A stretch of 64,000 bases of DNA from Chrysomallon squamiferum (GCA_012295275.1 CM022677.1:12834001-12898000); one strand, 5' to 3'. Positions 41,700-56,389 are shown, counted from the first letter of the stretch. The notes: generated from the sequence alone by a model not told the origin. A program made the numbers and translations.

Positions 41700-42458
41700 G
41701 GATGAGAGACTGTGAAACATATAAGAATGAAACCGATCCCAGCAATATCCTTATACAGCTGATTAAATGAATGGATTCTTTCAATGACCCTATCTTCAAG
41801 GAAATGAATGTAGCTGATCACACTCAGTGGGATATATAATGATCCAAAATATTGCTTGGAACAACTTAATCTGTTATCTAAACATTTTGCTGAAAGCCTA
41901 GCTTACCACAACTTTGCCCTCGTTATGGCTGTTGCTTAATGGAGGGGTTTAAAGAAACTTGTGGCAAACAAATTCATTCACTTCAAAAGTAAACAAGGTA
42001 TGTTGTGTCAAATATTCAGTCATCATCATTCTATCCACACATTCTTATCATTGAAATCATCTTGGCGGTTGCACATGCTAGTGCAAGTGTTGAGAGGGGC
42101 GTAAGCGCTCTGGATGATTTGCTGGTGATTAGTTAACCTACCTTCACTTGTAAGCTGTGACCCTTCATATGAACAAAAACTTACAGAGATAGCTGTTTCC
42201 CTGTATGCAGATGATAAAAAACAAAGAAAAAGACGAGCATCTTGTATAATAGACAGCATCCTGATTGTAGACTCATTGTCAGACTCACAAGACTTATCTG
42301 TGCCCTCTTCAGATGTGATAAAAATAACCTGCAATGAACTAATATGTGTAGAGGACTTTCTTGCTACTACAACATCAGATTCAGTGGACTTGGTTGATGC
42401 TCGAAGTAAAACAGTTGATACTTCAGACATTGATGTCAGTGACAATTCACAGTGCTAA
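41700..42458 (+). mobile_element. C-terminal fragment of a second (ZNF862-like) hAT transposase
   Basis: DSFNDPIFKEM..DH..W, EQLNLLSKHFAESL, WRGLKKLV, HILIIEIILAVAHASASVERGVSAL (hATC S.S.ERxFS-type motif), then an acidic tail. Contains stops. Confidence 0.65.
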
Positions 42459-42533
42459 CTGAAACAAGTTCATCATTCAGATTCTCATATCACTAATGTT
42501 TGATGAGTTAAGTAAAACAATAATTTTAATATA

Positions 42534-45384
42534 GGGTTATTCCGTGTCAAATCACCCCCAAAAAAAAGAAATTTAAACCCGACCGTCTCAGATTTTTATG
42601 AAACTTGGTATACTTGTTGACTGGGATCCCACAGCACCAAATCTGAAATATTAGCCCAATCAGATCAGTGGTGTGGGAGATACGGCCAACCGAATTTTGA
42701 GATTTTTGGCAAAAATGGGTGTGACCACCAACCTTAGAACCCTCTACTGGGCCAATCTTCATAAAATTGGTATTGTTAGAAAGGCAAAATGACAAGGATT
42801 CCAAATCTGCCATTTTTGTTTAGTTTGGAAAATATTGGAATACCTTGACCTTTTGACCTTTGCTATGACCTTGAAATTGACCGTGTGGATCACGTGATCT
42901 TGAGATGACCTTTAAATTTCAATAATCTCCCACATGTTAACTAAAACATATAAAAGTTTACTGGGTGTAATATTTTTTGTTTAGCCACAATACAGATTTA
43001 AAAAATGCACATACATGAAAATAACACCTTTTCAGCCATTAACATCTGATTAACTAAAACCTGAATGATCAATTCTTGATGCTAGGAATCACCATCTTTC
43101 TTGATCATCGAGTAAGACATTGTAGGCCTACATGTATGCATAAAGTTCACATAAATTTGAGAGAACTAGGTGTTTCTGATGCTTAACCTTCTCACCATGT
43201 TTGTTTCAAATGCTCACTGTATCCTTCATTCCCAGACACATTCTACTGTTCTCATCACTTTCATTTCATAAAATTGGATTATTTCCTCCTTCAATTCATT
43301 GTCCTTTCAATGGTAAAGGGTGACAACATCAAGATTTGCACACGCTCTGGGTAGGATTCAGACATTAAGATGTCATTTTAATGTTACTGTAGCTGATGCT
43401 AGTTTTTTTCTGTCCTTTCATTCATTTACTGGAACGTGCTAGTGAATGGAGTTTGACAGGAGTTTTGCCTAAACTCGACAGGATAGAATTCAAATCAAAG
43501 TCCTTTTCTGGGGAAACAACAACCAGCGGTTTGTCTGGCAAGTTATCACCAAATTCTCCCATTGTAATACCAGCCATACTAAAGCCATCCTCTGCAGGAC
43601 CTTTGATTTCTGAAGGGTAATCAGACAGTCACAGCACAACTTGTCTCCTGGCACTAGTATCTTTGGAGGATTTACTAAGCATTTGTAAGTGCCATGCTAA
43701 CAATTCTTAAAGATCTAGTGCGTGCTTGCTCAGGGTGGCGATTAAGGGGATCACAACAGTTTTTCTGCAATGTTGAAAATTTGATTAAAAGTTCTTGTTC
43801 ATGATGTGAACAGATACTCTTGATGTCCTGTGTTTTGATCCCACTTCAAAGAGTGAGGAGTTTGACTTCCTCAGTTTTCCATACACTTCGCAACAACTAC
43901 TTTTTTATATAATGGTGTTGATAACACACATTTTCAGGAGAGTTAAAACTGCAGTTAGCCATGGAAGAAATAAGGATTTTCAGTATTGGCCTGCACCTTC
44001 AATTCAATAGAACAAAGTCAGTGCTTTCCTAAATATTAAATCAAATCCTGAAACCGTTTCAGTAAAGTTAAGCAGGTCATAAAATGGCAGCAGAGTAAAT
44101 GTGTCATTGCCAAAGGCCCACAAGTCTTGGGCATTTATGTCAATCTTCTCAAGTATAAATCACAGTTTATTAAGGTGAAGGTAGACCTTGTTCATACTCT
44201 GTGCTGAAGACTGGGTGTACAAATACATTATGCAGTACATCACTTGATGACGTCTGATATCAGACTGGGTTGTACTGTTGTTGACTGAAACCTTGTTCAA
44301 AGCCAATGGCAAGGCCACATGACATGATAAAATGACTTAATAGGTTTTATGAAGAAAACAATGCTTACTTATCAACATCTGACATTGTGTCCAACTTAAA
44401 AAGCTTCGGATTGTCAAAGAAATGCAGATGAAGAAACTTCTTTGTCTTAAACTTCTAATTGCCATGTGCTCAATGGGGATTGGACCAGGGGATCTAAAGG
44501 AGTTCCTGACCTGCCTGAAGCATCACTTCCTGTTAACCCTTTGAGCCTGATTGTGTAGAACATGTCATGCCATTTGGCACCTTTTCACATCCTTCAGGCA
44601 TTCCTTCAGACATGTCAGGTGGGTTTTAACTCCAAAGATGAGTTTTTAGTCTCAGAGAAAATGTACATTGTAATGCATTGTATCAATCATCCATGCAGGT
44701 ATGCATTTTTGAAATCTCTATTATGGCTAAACAAAAAATATTATACCCAGGAAACTTTTATATGTGAACTTTATGCATACATGTAAGCCTACAATGTCTT
44801 ACTCGATGCTCAAGAGAGATGGTGATTCCTAGCATCCAGAATTGATCATTCAGGTTTTAGTTAATCAGATGTTAATGGCTGAAAAGGTGTTATTTTCATG
44901 TATGTGCATTTTTTATATCTATATTGTGGCTAAACAAAAAATATTACACCCGGGAAACTTTTATATGTTTTAGTTAACATGTGGGAGATTAAATTTCAAT
45001 AAAGGTCATCTCAAGATCACGTGATCCACACTGTCAATTTCAAGGTCATAGCAAAGGTCAAAAGGTCAAGGTACTCCAATATTTTCCAAACTAAACAAAA
45101 ATGGCAGATTTGGAATCCTTGTCATTCTGCCTTTCTAACAATACCAATTTTATGAAGATTGGCCCAGTAGTTGCTGAGATATGAGGGTTCTAAGGTTGGT
45201 GGTCACACCCATTTTTGCCAAAAATCTCAAAATTCGGTTGGCCGTATCTCCCACACCACTGATCTGATTGGGCTAATATTTCAGATTTGGTGCTGTGGGA
45301 TCCCAGTCAACAAGTATACCAAGTTTCATAAAAATCTGAGACGGTCGGGTTTAAACCATTGGGTGATTTGACACGGAATGACCC
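42534..45384. mobile_element. Complete non-autonomous DNA transposon, ~620-bp TIRs (42534-43153; 44759-45384), TATA target-site duplication; Sola2-like termini
   Basis: tata|GGGTTATTCCGTGTCAAATCACCC ... GGGTGATTTGACACGGAATGACCC|tata. TIRs are nearly identical (ORFs 42547- and 45171+ share a long peptide). GRG...CYC ends, a 4-bp TSD and long TIRs fit Sola2, but the superfamily is inferred and not proven. Confidence 0.9.
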
Positions 45385-45642
45385 TATAGAGTTATACAGT
45401 TATTTAGCTTTAATAATATGGAAGCATTTAGGGCCCCACCTATTATAACCTTTAATATGATTCAAAAATCATTTAAATATGTTTAATAATGTATAGACTA
45501 AGTCAGCAATTTAACATAAATCTTTAAAAATACTAAATCATAAATACCCTGACAGAAAACAACATGACAAAGAAAATTAGTATATTTTCTTTTAATTGTT
45601 TTATTAGTCTATTTAAAAATAAATAAATAAATAAATAAATAA

Positions 45643-45695
<53 letters not shown>

Positions 45696-46167
45696 TACAA
45701 ATTTAAAATTCTCAGTGAGTTGTTGTCTGGTGTTTTCTTTTAAAATAAATTTAATTACTGTCCACCCAAAATTTGCCCGATAGGCTAATACATCATATAC
45801 TGATAAAGTGATTGGTAAAACAAAATTAAAGACTAAACATGATTTCTTGTTTATATGACGTTGTTTATGCTGTTCACATTAGTACAAACACTGGTGAATT
45901 TTATTAATAATCGAGAGTCGTTATGTGAAAAAATAAATAATAATAATTAAAAAAAACTAAAATAAATAATTATTGTTCCCGATTAAGATGGCTGCCATCA
46001 TGCGGCTATGACTTTTAAATTATAAATAAATAAAACCAAAAAAAATCCAAACGCATTAACAACAATAATAATAAATAGTAATACCTGTCTCCTGTAATGT
46101 GTTAAGAAACTTCTTTGTTGGATGATAATGCGATTACACCAATTCTGAATAAGATTCTTCAAACGTC

Positions 46168-46512
46168 AAAGTAAATCCGTAAAGACCGGCAATCATCCCG
46201 CATTTTTCCGAAACTAATACTAATAAAAAAATATAAAAAAGTTGATATGAAATAAAATAAATAAAGGAGAATAATACCCTTTATTAATATACGTACTAAT
46301 TATAAATCGAAATGTTTTTTTTTTTTTTTATTATTGTTAGATTTTTTGGATTCTTTTTTAGTCTTATTATTAGCCAATCGTAAATCCGTAAACACCGGCA
46401 ATCATCCCGCATTTTTCTGCAACTACTATACTAAAAACAACAAAAAAAGAAGAAGTTCAAAACAAATAACATAAATAAAGGAACATAATAACCTTTATTA
46501 ACATATACGTAA
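46168..46512. repeat. Local direct duplication (~130 bp; 46170-46295 and 46380-46512)
   Basis: gtaaatccgtaaa(g/c)accggcaatcatcccgcattttt ... ataaataaagga...ataa..cctttattaa occurs twice. Confidence 0.8.
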
Positions 46513-47230
46513 AAAACCCAAAAACATTTACGACTATGACAACTCAGAGATATTGGAAATAATCATTTTCCTTTGTTTTATATGCATTGCAGTTTAAACT
46601 ATGTAGTCTGTGTAAGATATCGCATATATGAAAATTATATGCGTTAAAACAACAAATAATCCCATGAAACAATTCATAATAGCACTACATTTCAAGTTTA
46701 TTTCTCTTAAAACAAAAATGTGTGATCAATGTCAGTAACAAAGCAGAAACGAATCAAATGAAGGGTATATTCACGTTTTCGTGTGTCTATGAAAGTAAAT
46801 ATGTTTTAGTATATTTGTGAAATTTCAATTGTACCGTGTTAACCTTTCTTTTGATTATTAATATTAGTGTGTGGTTTAAAACTGTATTAAGGAGTGTTTA
46901 ATGTGAATCAAGTGAAAAGTGACACAGTGTAATGAAATAATCAGTCAAGACAAATACATTTATATTAAATGTCTAAGTACATGAAGATTAACAATGATAA
47001 AATATTTTATTACAGTATATATCTGTTGTGTTAGCGTCTGTAAATATTAAAAACTTCTAAACAAGGGTAAATAAATAAATAATAATAACAACAATAAAAT
47101 AATAAAAACGACACCCACACACCCACACACACAGATACCTAAACTAACATTTATTTTTATAAATACAACAAACAGAAAGTAAAACAGATATGTACTTAAG
47201 TAAGAAAAAAAGAGTTCCGTGTAATTGACT

Positions 47231-47493
47231 CGGGGTTGGCTTTAATGTGCTTGCCGCCCATAAGCTAAAGACATTTTACCGCCCCCTCCTCAAGGCTCAA
47301 GTCCCCTCACCCTTCCCACTTAGTTTATATAATATGAATAGTTATGACTTATGATCTAGTTGAAAGCAAAAACATGGTTTTACGTTTACATAATGATTTA
47401 TTGATAAATCAAATGTGAAAATACGAATTTATGTAACATAATCTGCCGCCCTAGGCACTGGCCTGGAAAGCCTGTATGCGAAATCCGGCTCTG
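47231..47493. mobile_element. hAT-type MITE
   Basis: Ends cggggttggcttta / aaatccggctctg, internal gccgccc(c/t) motifs, flanks aattgact / ggctgact (partial 8-bp TSD). Confidence 0.5.
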
Positions 47494-47989
47494 GGCTGAC
47501 TAGACTGAATTCGACTGCTTTTATTAATGTTGAGAAAATTGTAAGATTTGTTTAGTTTAATTCAGCAAAGCAGTTAAATAGAAAACAAATCTTTGTAAAA
47601 AAAAAAATGGTACAAGTAAATTGCCATTGGTACCAAAACAAATAAACACACCCCACCTTTACACACAGGTACCTGCATTGTCACGAGAGTTAGTAGGAAT
47701 TAGTCTCACTTTCACTTGTATTGTGATCAGTATTTCCTAATTTTCGTTGCTTGTAAAACAATGAAATTCTTTTGATTAAAAACTATTAAAATAAGCTATT
47801 GTTTTCTTCAAAACGATTGTGCTTTTCAGCCATTGATCTCAATGTAAAAATGTTTTGCACAGGCTCACGTACAGTCATACACGGAGTCGGTTTTAAGCCA
47901 AGATATATGTATATATATTTCATGATCATAATCAAAAAGTAGTACAATAATTCTTCTAGTACCTCAAATAGTTTGTTTTAAAAGACAAC

Positions 47990-48097
47990 TCTAGCTGTTA
48001 TTAAAGAAGCTTTCCAAGACAATTTAAAAATGTAATAGATCTGTAATTATCCGCATTATTTTTAATCAACCTTAGAAAAAGAATGGGAAATAATGAA
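47990..48097 (-). mobile_element. LINE reverse-transcriptase fragment
   Basis: KNNADNYRSITFLNCLGKLL matches the non-LTR RT domain-1 motif NYRxIxLLxxxxK. Confidence 0.7.
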
Positions 48098-48107
48098 TGC
48101 ACAATAT

Positions 48108-48125
48108 CCACACACGCACGAGCGC

Positions 48126-48160
<35 letters not shown>

Positions 48161-48333
48161 CATTCATGTATGTGATTGTTTTTATGCATATATTTAGAAT
48201 TAGAAAACGCGATTACAGATTAAAAAAAACACTACCTGACACACACACGCACACACGCACACACACACACACGCACACGCAGGTTTTATCAATCTGTCTA
48301 TCTATATTTATAATACACACATACATGCATACA

Positions 48334-48385
<52 letters not shown>

Positions 48386-48514
48386 TATATATTATATACA
48401 CAAACACAAACACACATACATACATACACACACATATACACACAAACACACAGACACACACACACAAACACACACACAGACACACACACATACAAACACA
48501 TACACACACACACA
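48108..48514. repeat. Compound (CA)/(TA) microsatellite tract
   Basis: Direct reading; explains several spurious ORFs. Confidence 0.95.
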
Positions 48515-50395
48515 TCGTTATTCATTAACATTTGTTTTGAGGCTGAGGGAAAGATACCGCACTAGCTGCTACACCGTTTCTATTACAAATGTTATTTATA
48601 TTTTAGCATTTCTTTTTTCTCTCTCTCTCTTATTTATTTATTTATTTATTTCCCACTTTCATTGACAGTTTGTCCACAAAAAGTTTCGTTGTGTTCAGTA
48701 ATATTATAAAAACAGGTTATAATAACAATGCTATTGTCACAGATAGCGAGCTCGTTGTATGATTATTTAAAATTGTCACTTATCTTTTTCTTTTAACCAT
48801 TTTTTGTTTTGCTGCGAAGTGATTTCTTCTGCTGTAGCAACAGATACGATTTCGTTGAATCTAACTTTTTTCTATTTTCCATCATATTTTGTATAGACAA
48901 GAATGCATATCGCCAAGTATAAAAATATCTTCTTTTTTTTCTATGAAAGAGTTCGCATCATTGAATGACGTTGTATGGAATGCTCTGTTACAGTTGTCTC
49001 CCTTCGCAAAAGTTCAAATTCTTTAGTAATAAAATTATTTGTAATTATAATAATGCCTGTGAAACAAATATATACCTAATAAAAATCGTTTAATAAACCT
49101 CAAAATATTTTTGTATTTCAGATTAATCAAATTAATTCTTGTAGTAAATAAAACGTCAATTCAAATTTGATAATATTAGCTTTTATTAATTAAATTTATA
49201 GACTTAAACTGAGCGAATTTTTTGTTATTAAATGTTTTTATATGTTCTCATTTTTTTCTGGATCACATGATGTGCCTCAAGCACAATGACAAGACTATTA
49301 CAAAATCCACTGTTATCTTTCAGATACCACACAATATATTATGTGGATCAAGCTAATAACATCTAAAACTATTTTAACAATGTTGACATGAAAAAATTAA
49401 GCAGCGTAAAATTATCAACGTAAATAGTGTATTGTCTTAACAAAAACACTACGTTATTTTTGCTGAGTAACAAATTGTTCTGATATGTAGTAAACACAAC
49501 ATAAATTCCGTTGAGACATATCACATTAATATCACAGTTGCTAATGAACTGTCATTTTTATCTGGCTGCTCTATTTTATTCCTGAATAGACGTCATTCTC
49601 TTAGTTTCATTAGAACTGTTCTTGTTTTTCTATGTGCTGTGTTAATATTATCGCTTCACTTTTACTATCAGTATACTGAGTTCTATAGCTAATAACATTA
49701 CCGAAGAAATCTAATTTTCATTGATAATTTATTTTACAATAAATATATGTGTATTTTAAAGACGTTATTTGATTCAGATGGACATTTTTGATTTAATTAT
49801 ATGAAAATTATTTAATCATATTAAATTATATTTAACCGTATTAAAATATATTTAATCATATCAAAATATACTTAATTTTATCAAAGTGTATTTGTCTCAT
49901 TTGCTACCATGTAGACAGCCATATACTAACCTTTTAATTAACGGTTCTAATTTTCTGCAATTGTAAATACATTTAATTATCTCTGTAAAAATGTAAAATT
50001 ATACTATTTAGAATTTTCTGAATATGAATGTGTGAATAAAATGCCTTTTGTAAACTGTGAAAATGTGAAAAAAAAAATGACTCAATATATTTTACTGAAA
50101 ACTAACATCATCACTGTGAAAAATATCAAATGTTCTTTTCGTCGAAGTATTAATAATGTTCAATACGCATACTAAAATTTTGCCTAGGTTATTAAAACTA
50201 TTACTTGCCGTGTAAACTAAATTAAAAAATATTTACGTGTTCTTTTCTTTATTTTTTATATCGATAACGTCCTTTTTTTAAAATTAATAATACTGCATTT
50301 AATTAAAAAAAAAAAAAAAATTAAATTCAGTGATTAGATTCAGCGATTTACAGATGGAATTTTACTAGAGAAAACCTGAATATTGAGAAACAAAA

Positions 50396-50434
<39 letters not shown>

Positions 50435-50597
50435 AAATTACAAACTCAAATCATTTTGATAAAGAAATCCAAAATGTAACTCCTGAGGAGGTACAATTAA
50501 TATTCGGTTATTTCAAAATCAGAAAAAAAAGTGGGAATAGTTGGAATCAGTCATGTTTATCTAATCATCTTAAATTGTCTGATGTTTAAAGTCTTAC

Positions 50598-52415
50598 ACC
50601 ACACATCAAGTATTCCAGTGTCGGATGTCACACGAGTTTGTCCAGGAATCCCTGCCTTGCAGTAAACACTGTGTCCATCATCTGACTTAGTCAGTGTGAG
50701 TGACAGAGAAACTCTTTCTTAGAGTCAGGTCACTGATGTGATATTTATGTTGGTAATTCCTGTGTTTATCTGTTGATTATTCGTGTACCAGTAAACAGAC
50801 GAGACTGGGTTGCTAGGTGACGTGAGACATGTCAGAGAGACAAAACCTTCAGTGACTTGTATTATATCTTTCTTTGAACTGATGTTTAATAGTGTCACCT
50901 CTTTTACTCTTTGTAATAAATATATAAATAATAAAATTACTGTATCAGACTTACAATCTGTTGAAATATTATTTATTCATTCATTTATCATAAGAAAATC
51001 TGAATTAATAATTTGAATATCAAATAATACATGGAAATACTTCATATTCGTACGCCAGTAATTCGTCTTGCTTTATTGCATATGTGTTTGAGTGCGTGCG
51101 CGAGTGCCTGCGTGCTTGTGTATGTGCTTAATTATAAAAAAATAAATACATTTAGTTGAAATAGTAACAATGGAGCATAGTTTAGTCACCTGGAAAGTTA
51201 AGTAAACTTCTCATAGACATCATTATTAAAAGATGGATGAATCAAGTGAGTAGTGATATTAACTTTTCCTTGTACAGTTAAATAATTCATAGTCAGCCTA
51301 GCAACTGTTTCAACTTGTGGAGTTGTACAACCATCACTGACTGTTGTAGTAACTGGTGTCAAATTCTTAAAAATAAAAATGAAATATAAATATAATGACA
51401 GTTATTAATTTATTCCTTTACTAATATAACATAAAAAGTACATAGGAAAAACAAATATTTTATTCTTATAAATGTTCCTTGGGTCTGTTCGCGGTTATAA
51501 AATTTTGGAATTGTAATGAATCGACAGTGTTTTATCTTCTTTTTTTTTGTCGGGACAAAAATCATTTTTTGTCATGTAAAATAATCATTGTAATATTTGA
51601 AAAAGAAAAAAAAAAGAAAAAGGAAGGATTATTTTCATTTTTGCTTCAGATATCCATTTCAACTGTAAAAATATATTTTAAAAAATGTTCTTTTTTTTCA
51701 GTGGGGTTTAGTGGGGTGTTTGCTGTTGATTGATAAAATAAAAGCAAACTATTTATAATAATACATGATAAATTTTCATTGTAATTTTTGTTTCATTTTT
51801 GAACAAAACTTACCATAGAAGTTTCAGCAAAAAGATACCACCAGATGTTCACAGCTGGATAAACACAGCCAGTCATTATGCTGACAGTAAAATCTCTCTG
51901 AGAATCAATGTCTCTCTGATTTGGACACGCATCAGTAAAATTTATCACTGATACCTCAACAACAGCTAAAATGTTATAATCAAATAATAATGAAATAAAC
52001 CAAAAAATGAATGAATGAATAAATAAATAAATAAATAAATAAATAAAGAAATAAATAAAGCAATGGCCGTTTTTTAATGATAATATCTCTAGCACATTTA
52101 TTTTTATTGTTTTGCATTTTTACATATCATCATCATCATCATCATTATCTTCATTTAATGATTTAATGATATAAAATATTTTCATTTCTTATTAAATATT
52201 AGGTCTAGAAACTGTCTGATGTAATAACTTGTCCTACAGAATTAGGATATTGTACAATATCTGCATAGCAAAGGTTGATGTAAGATAAACATAGCAAACA
52301 CCCTAACCGCAAATCAACCTGGCCGCAACTTGTTTTTCTTTTTTTCTTTTTTTTCTGGTATTTCTATTCAAAACAAGTTTTCAAATAAATCGTTACGTTT
52401 ATAGTTTTATTTCTT

Positions 52416-52477
<62 letters not shown>

Positions 52478-53191
52478 CGTTGTTGTTGTTATTGTTACTG
52501 ATCTGGTTGTTATTGTGTTTTTTGTGTTTCTTTTCTAATAATTTAAAAAAAACGAAACTTTTTTCTTTTCTGCTTGTGTCAACAAATCATATTTTTTTTT
52601 ATTATTTTTCTTAATAAAATTATTTAACGAATGAAAAAGAAGGAAAGTAAAATTAAAAAGAATAGAACCCACTGACTTGATTGAATACAAGTAATACTAA
52701 TTCTTAAATTACAGGATTACTTTATAGATGGAAAACAGTAAATTTACTTCGGTTGTTTTGGCACATGGGATTGTGTGTCTGTGTGTATGTGTGTTCATCT
52801 AAAGTTAAACGTAAAACTGCCAAATAATAAATGACTACTTACGATGGATTTCCAACATTTTCAAAGAACTTACTTGCAAAAGGAGCTGTAAGTGTTAAAG
52901 TCACAAAATGCACAATGTTTTGATAAATTTCAGTAACTTTCCAGGTTCCTGCATGTTTTGTTTCATTAAAAGAAGAAATCTCAAAAGTTATGACATGTGT
53001 AGACTGTCTTGTTACATTGTAATTACATCCAGAACCCCACTATCCACATAATGCCAAACATCCTCCTTGTGTTGATCCATTCAGATTGAAAGTAACAGAT
53101 CCTGTTATGTCTTCTTCATTGTTTGTGTAGATTAAAACAAGAGACTGACCAAGCACTGGCATTTTCTTGTCTGTGGCAAGAATCCCATTTC
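50598..53191 (-). pseudogene. Ig-superfamily (nephrin/CD80-C2-like) cell-surface gene pseudogene; exons 53191-52874, 51965-51814, 51365-51190, ~50908-50598
   Basis: GQSLVLIY...GGCLALCG*WG...ITFEISSFNETKHAGTWKV; MTGCVYPAVNIWWY; TVARLTM...HLIHPSF; VSLTCLTSPSNPVSSVYWY...LTLTKSDDGHSVYCKAG...TSDTGILDVW. Phase-1 exon boundaries. In-frame stops or frameshifts in three of four exons. Confidence 0.8.
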
Positions 53192-55035
53192 CTACAAACA
53201 TAATAAAATAACGAAACAAAATTAAATAAAAAGTAATAACTAAAAAATAAAAACAAAAAATAAGTAAGGAACTAAATGGATGAATGAATGAATGAATGAA
53301 TGAATAAATAAATACATAAATAAACAAATAAATAAACAAGAAGAGTGCCTTAGCTGCTAGTCTCAAACAGGTTTATGGTGTTCAAGCTTTAACACAACAC
53401 AAGCCCTAACCAGAACAGAAATTTATTAAGTACATGGACCTTAGATATTGTCCGTAATATCCAACATATTTGTTCTAATTTATCAGCTAAAAATAATAAT
53501 AAAATAGCTTACCTAGACAGTAAGTAACAATTGTCAGAGAAACAAATAAATATCTCAACTTTCGCTATTTATAAAACATTTATATTTATAAAATGAGAGG
53601 AAATTACTTATCGTGGGCTTACTCGAGTCCACTAACTCAGCAAAGCGTGTACGACACTTACTACATACTTGAATGTAACAAATACTCTGTAGCTGTTTAC
53701 TTAGTGACGTGTTAATGTCATTCACTTGAGAATCGGTAAGTAATTGATTCTTTTGTATTTTGTTGATGAACTTTTTTGAGATCAAAGTAAATGGAAATAG
53801 TTAATTAGCTGAATGAAATTAAAACAAAACAGTTATCTTACAACGAAAATATTTTATTACAGTAAATGTGAAATTTAAATATTTCATTGTTACAGATTTT
53901 ATGTAAAAATATCGATATTATTTTCAGCAAATAAGTTAGAAATAGAAACTATTTAAGTTCATGAAACGAGGATGACATTAGATGTTGTCTTATAATATAC
54001 AATAATCAAGTATCTATTACCAAAGCGACAAACAGTCCAGTAAACGTATGAACAATCACTCGTATAGTTGAAACGAACCGAACAACAGTACCAATTGAAT
54101 ACAGACTGAGAAACACAACTAAATTGTATTTAATATTACACTGTCACATTACTTCCTCGTTTCAGTAAGTATTTTGTAATGGCTGAATGTATGTGTTGTG
54201 AACAAGAGTTAATTTTCTTACATGTTAATTTTGTTAATTTACAGAAATCGTAAAAACACTGATCTCCCGCTCTCTCTGTCAAATGGTTTGAGCTTTGTAA
54301 TTTTTGGATGCAGAATCATTTACACAGTATTTTCATATACGTTCCCTAGGTAAAAACAAATAATAATAATAATCATAATAAAACAAAAAATTAAAAAGAA
54401 ATTGTGTTGGGATAAAAGATAAATTGAAAATAACTAAAGAAACTCTGCAACAATGACTGCTAACAACAGCGGTCTGTTACGATGTTTCGATTCGGCAAAT
54501 TTAATCTTGGCATCTTGTAACTCGACTACATCAAAATGAAAATGAGGCATCACTGCGAACACTGCAGCTTTAAATATCCACCTGCAGTCCTAAGCTTCAT
54601 AATTATCTGGGGTATATTTCTAAATTAAATATAAGTTTTGATGTTTCTAATCATATTTCTAATAAGGATACAAAATTTAAATTGATATCGATAATATTAT
54701 ATTTTTGTAAATATGTATGTATGTATGTATGTATGCATGTATGTATATATGTATGTGTATGTATGTATGCATGTATGAATACATATTCAGATGTGCTTGT
54801 GGTGATAGTAATACTTGGACTATTTTCGAACTGGCTGAATATAATGTAGTTATGACACAATTTCCCAAATTCTACCATGGCTCCAGTAATGTGATGCATT
54901 TTTTTTCTGGTTGTACTTAATCGCAATCAGCATTTGAGGATAAAAGCACAAGTATGTCACATTCGCTGTGGGAGATAACTCTTGTCTCTATATACTTATA
55001 AAACATTAACCTTCGTTATACAACCTGACTCAGAA

Positions 55036-55037
<2 letters not shown>

Positions 55038-55083
<46 letters not shown>

Positions 55084-55124
55084 TATTACTACTGCTCCTA
55101 CTACTGCTATTATTATTATTATTA
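55038..55124. repeat. (TAC)/(TAT) trinucleotide tract
   Basis: Direct reading; explains the poly-Tyr ORF. Confidence 0.9.
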
Positions 55125-55955
55125 TCTGTATCTTTTAATTCATTATTATTTTTTTAACGGCACATGCCAGAATTATAGCTGTTTTACTTAAAGTAAGAAC
55201 ATCTGTATTGTTATTTGAGAATGGTGTCGTAATAAATAAATAAATAAAATTCTACTGATCCGAAACAGCCAAATTTAATACGTGGTAGCTTGACTTACTT
55301 GGTAGCTTGACTTACGAATTTAATTCGTTCCATAACCGAACTCGTAACTCAGTTTGCTCGTATATCAAATCTATTTTCCCATTGAAATTAATTGAAATAA
55401 TGTTAATGCGTTCCAGGCCGCCCCCCCCCCCAATTTTTTGTAACGTGTTTTTAAATAAGAAATATGTATTTATAAATGACAAATGCAAAATAAAAGAGAA
55501 TGCAAATAAATAAATTGGTTTTGTAAAGTTTACAGGGTTAGAGTTTTTCCATCTTTTCATGGACAGAGGTCGGTACCGACAATAAGAAGTGGATATCAAC
55601 ATATAATGGTGAAAGATTTTCACACAGTAAATGAAATCTTTGAGCAATAAACCCTTCCTAAATATTTTGTGAAACTCAAAATCTGAAAATAAATATTTTA
55701 CCCATGTGCCACTTCATCAACTGTTGTTTTGTTGTACAGCCTATTACTAATATTAAGGTTAACAATGCTTTCCGTATTACTAATAAATATAATAAAATAA
55801 AGAAACAAAATTTAAAAAAATAATTAAAAAAGAAAAAGAAAAAGAAAATTTTAAAATACTGGTTTTCTTCCATTTGGAAGTAAATGTTCTATAATGGTAA
55901 AAATTAGTACTTATTAATTTACAAGATTTCGATCTTTATTGCTTTATTTTTCAAG

Positions 55956-56232
55956 TTCCTTTGCAGAAAGTCTCTATAACAACTGGATCAACCCTGGTAA
56001 AGCCAGGAATTCTTACACAAATACATTGTTCAACCAACCCTTGCCGTCCAGAAGCTGTAAGCATGGACTTTAGATGGTACAAAGATAACAGACGGCATTA
56101 CCAGCTCCACTGAGACAATTGCTGACTCTGGAGTTGTAACAAGGAGCAGTTTAAATGAAAACTGTAATGCAGAAGATAAAGGGAAAAGTTTGGTTTGTTC
56201 AGTTACTAATGGTGACGATCTAATAGTTACAT
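55956..56232 (+). pseudogene. Ig C2-type exon with frameshift
   Basis: tttttcaag|...PLQKVSITTGSTLVKPGILTQIHCSTNPCRPEAV, frameshift at ~56060, then AWTLDGTKITDGITSSTETIADSGVVTRSSLNENCNAEDKGKSLVCSVTN. No clear donor. Confidence 0.75.
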
Positions 56233-56326
56233 TCTGTTTCTGTCTTATATCAACATTATTACAGAGCATTCAAGTCTAATAATTGTTAATAATAAAATAT
56301 GACACATTTGGTGAACACTGTATATT

Positions 56327-56389
<63 letters not shown>

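Noticed and set aside
42547-45371. Paired ORFs 42547- and 45171+ with an identical peptide
   Set aside because: Translations of the two TIRs.
48097-48665. HT/CV/YI-repeat ORFs (also at 5171, 29242, 38997, 54651, 54982, 56286)
   Set aside because: Microsatellite translations.
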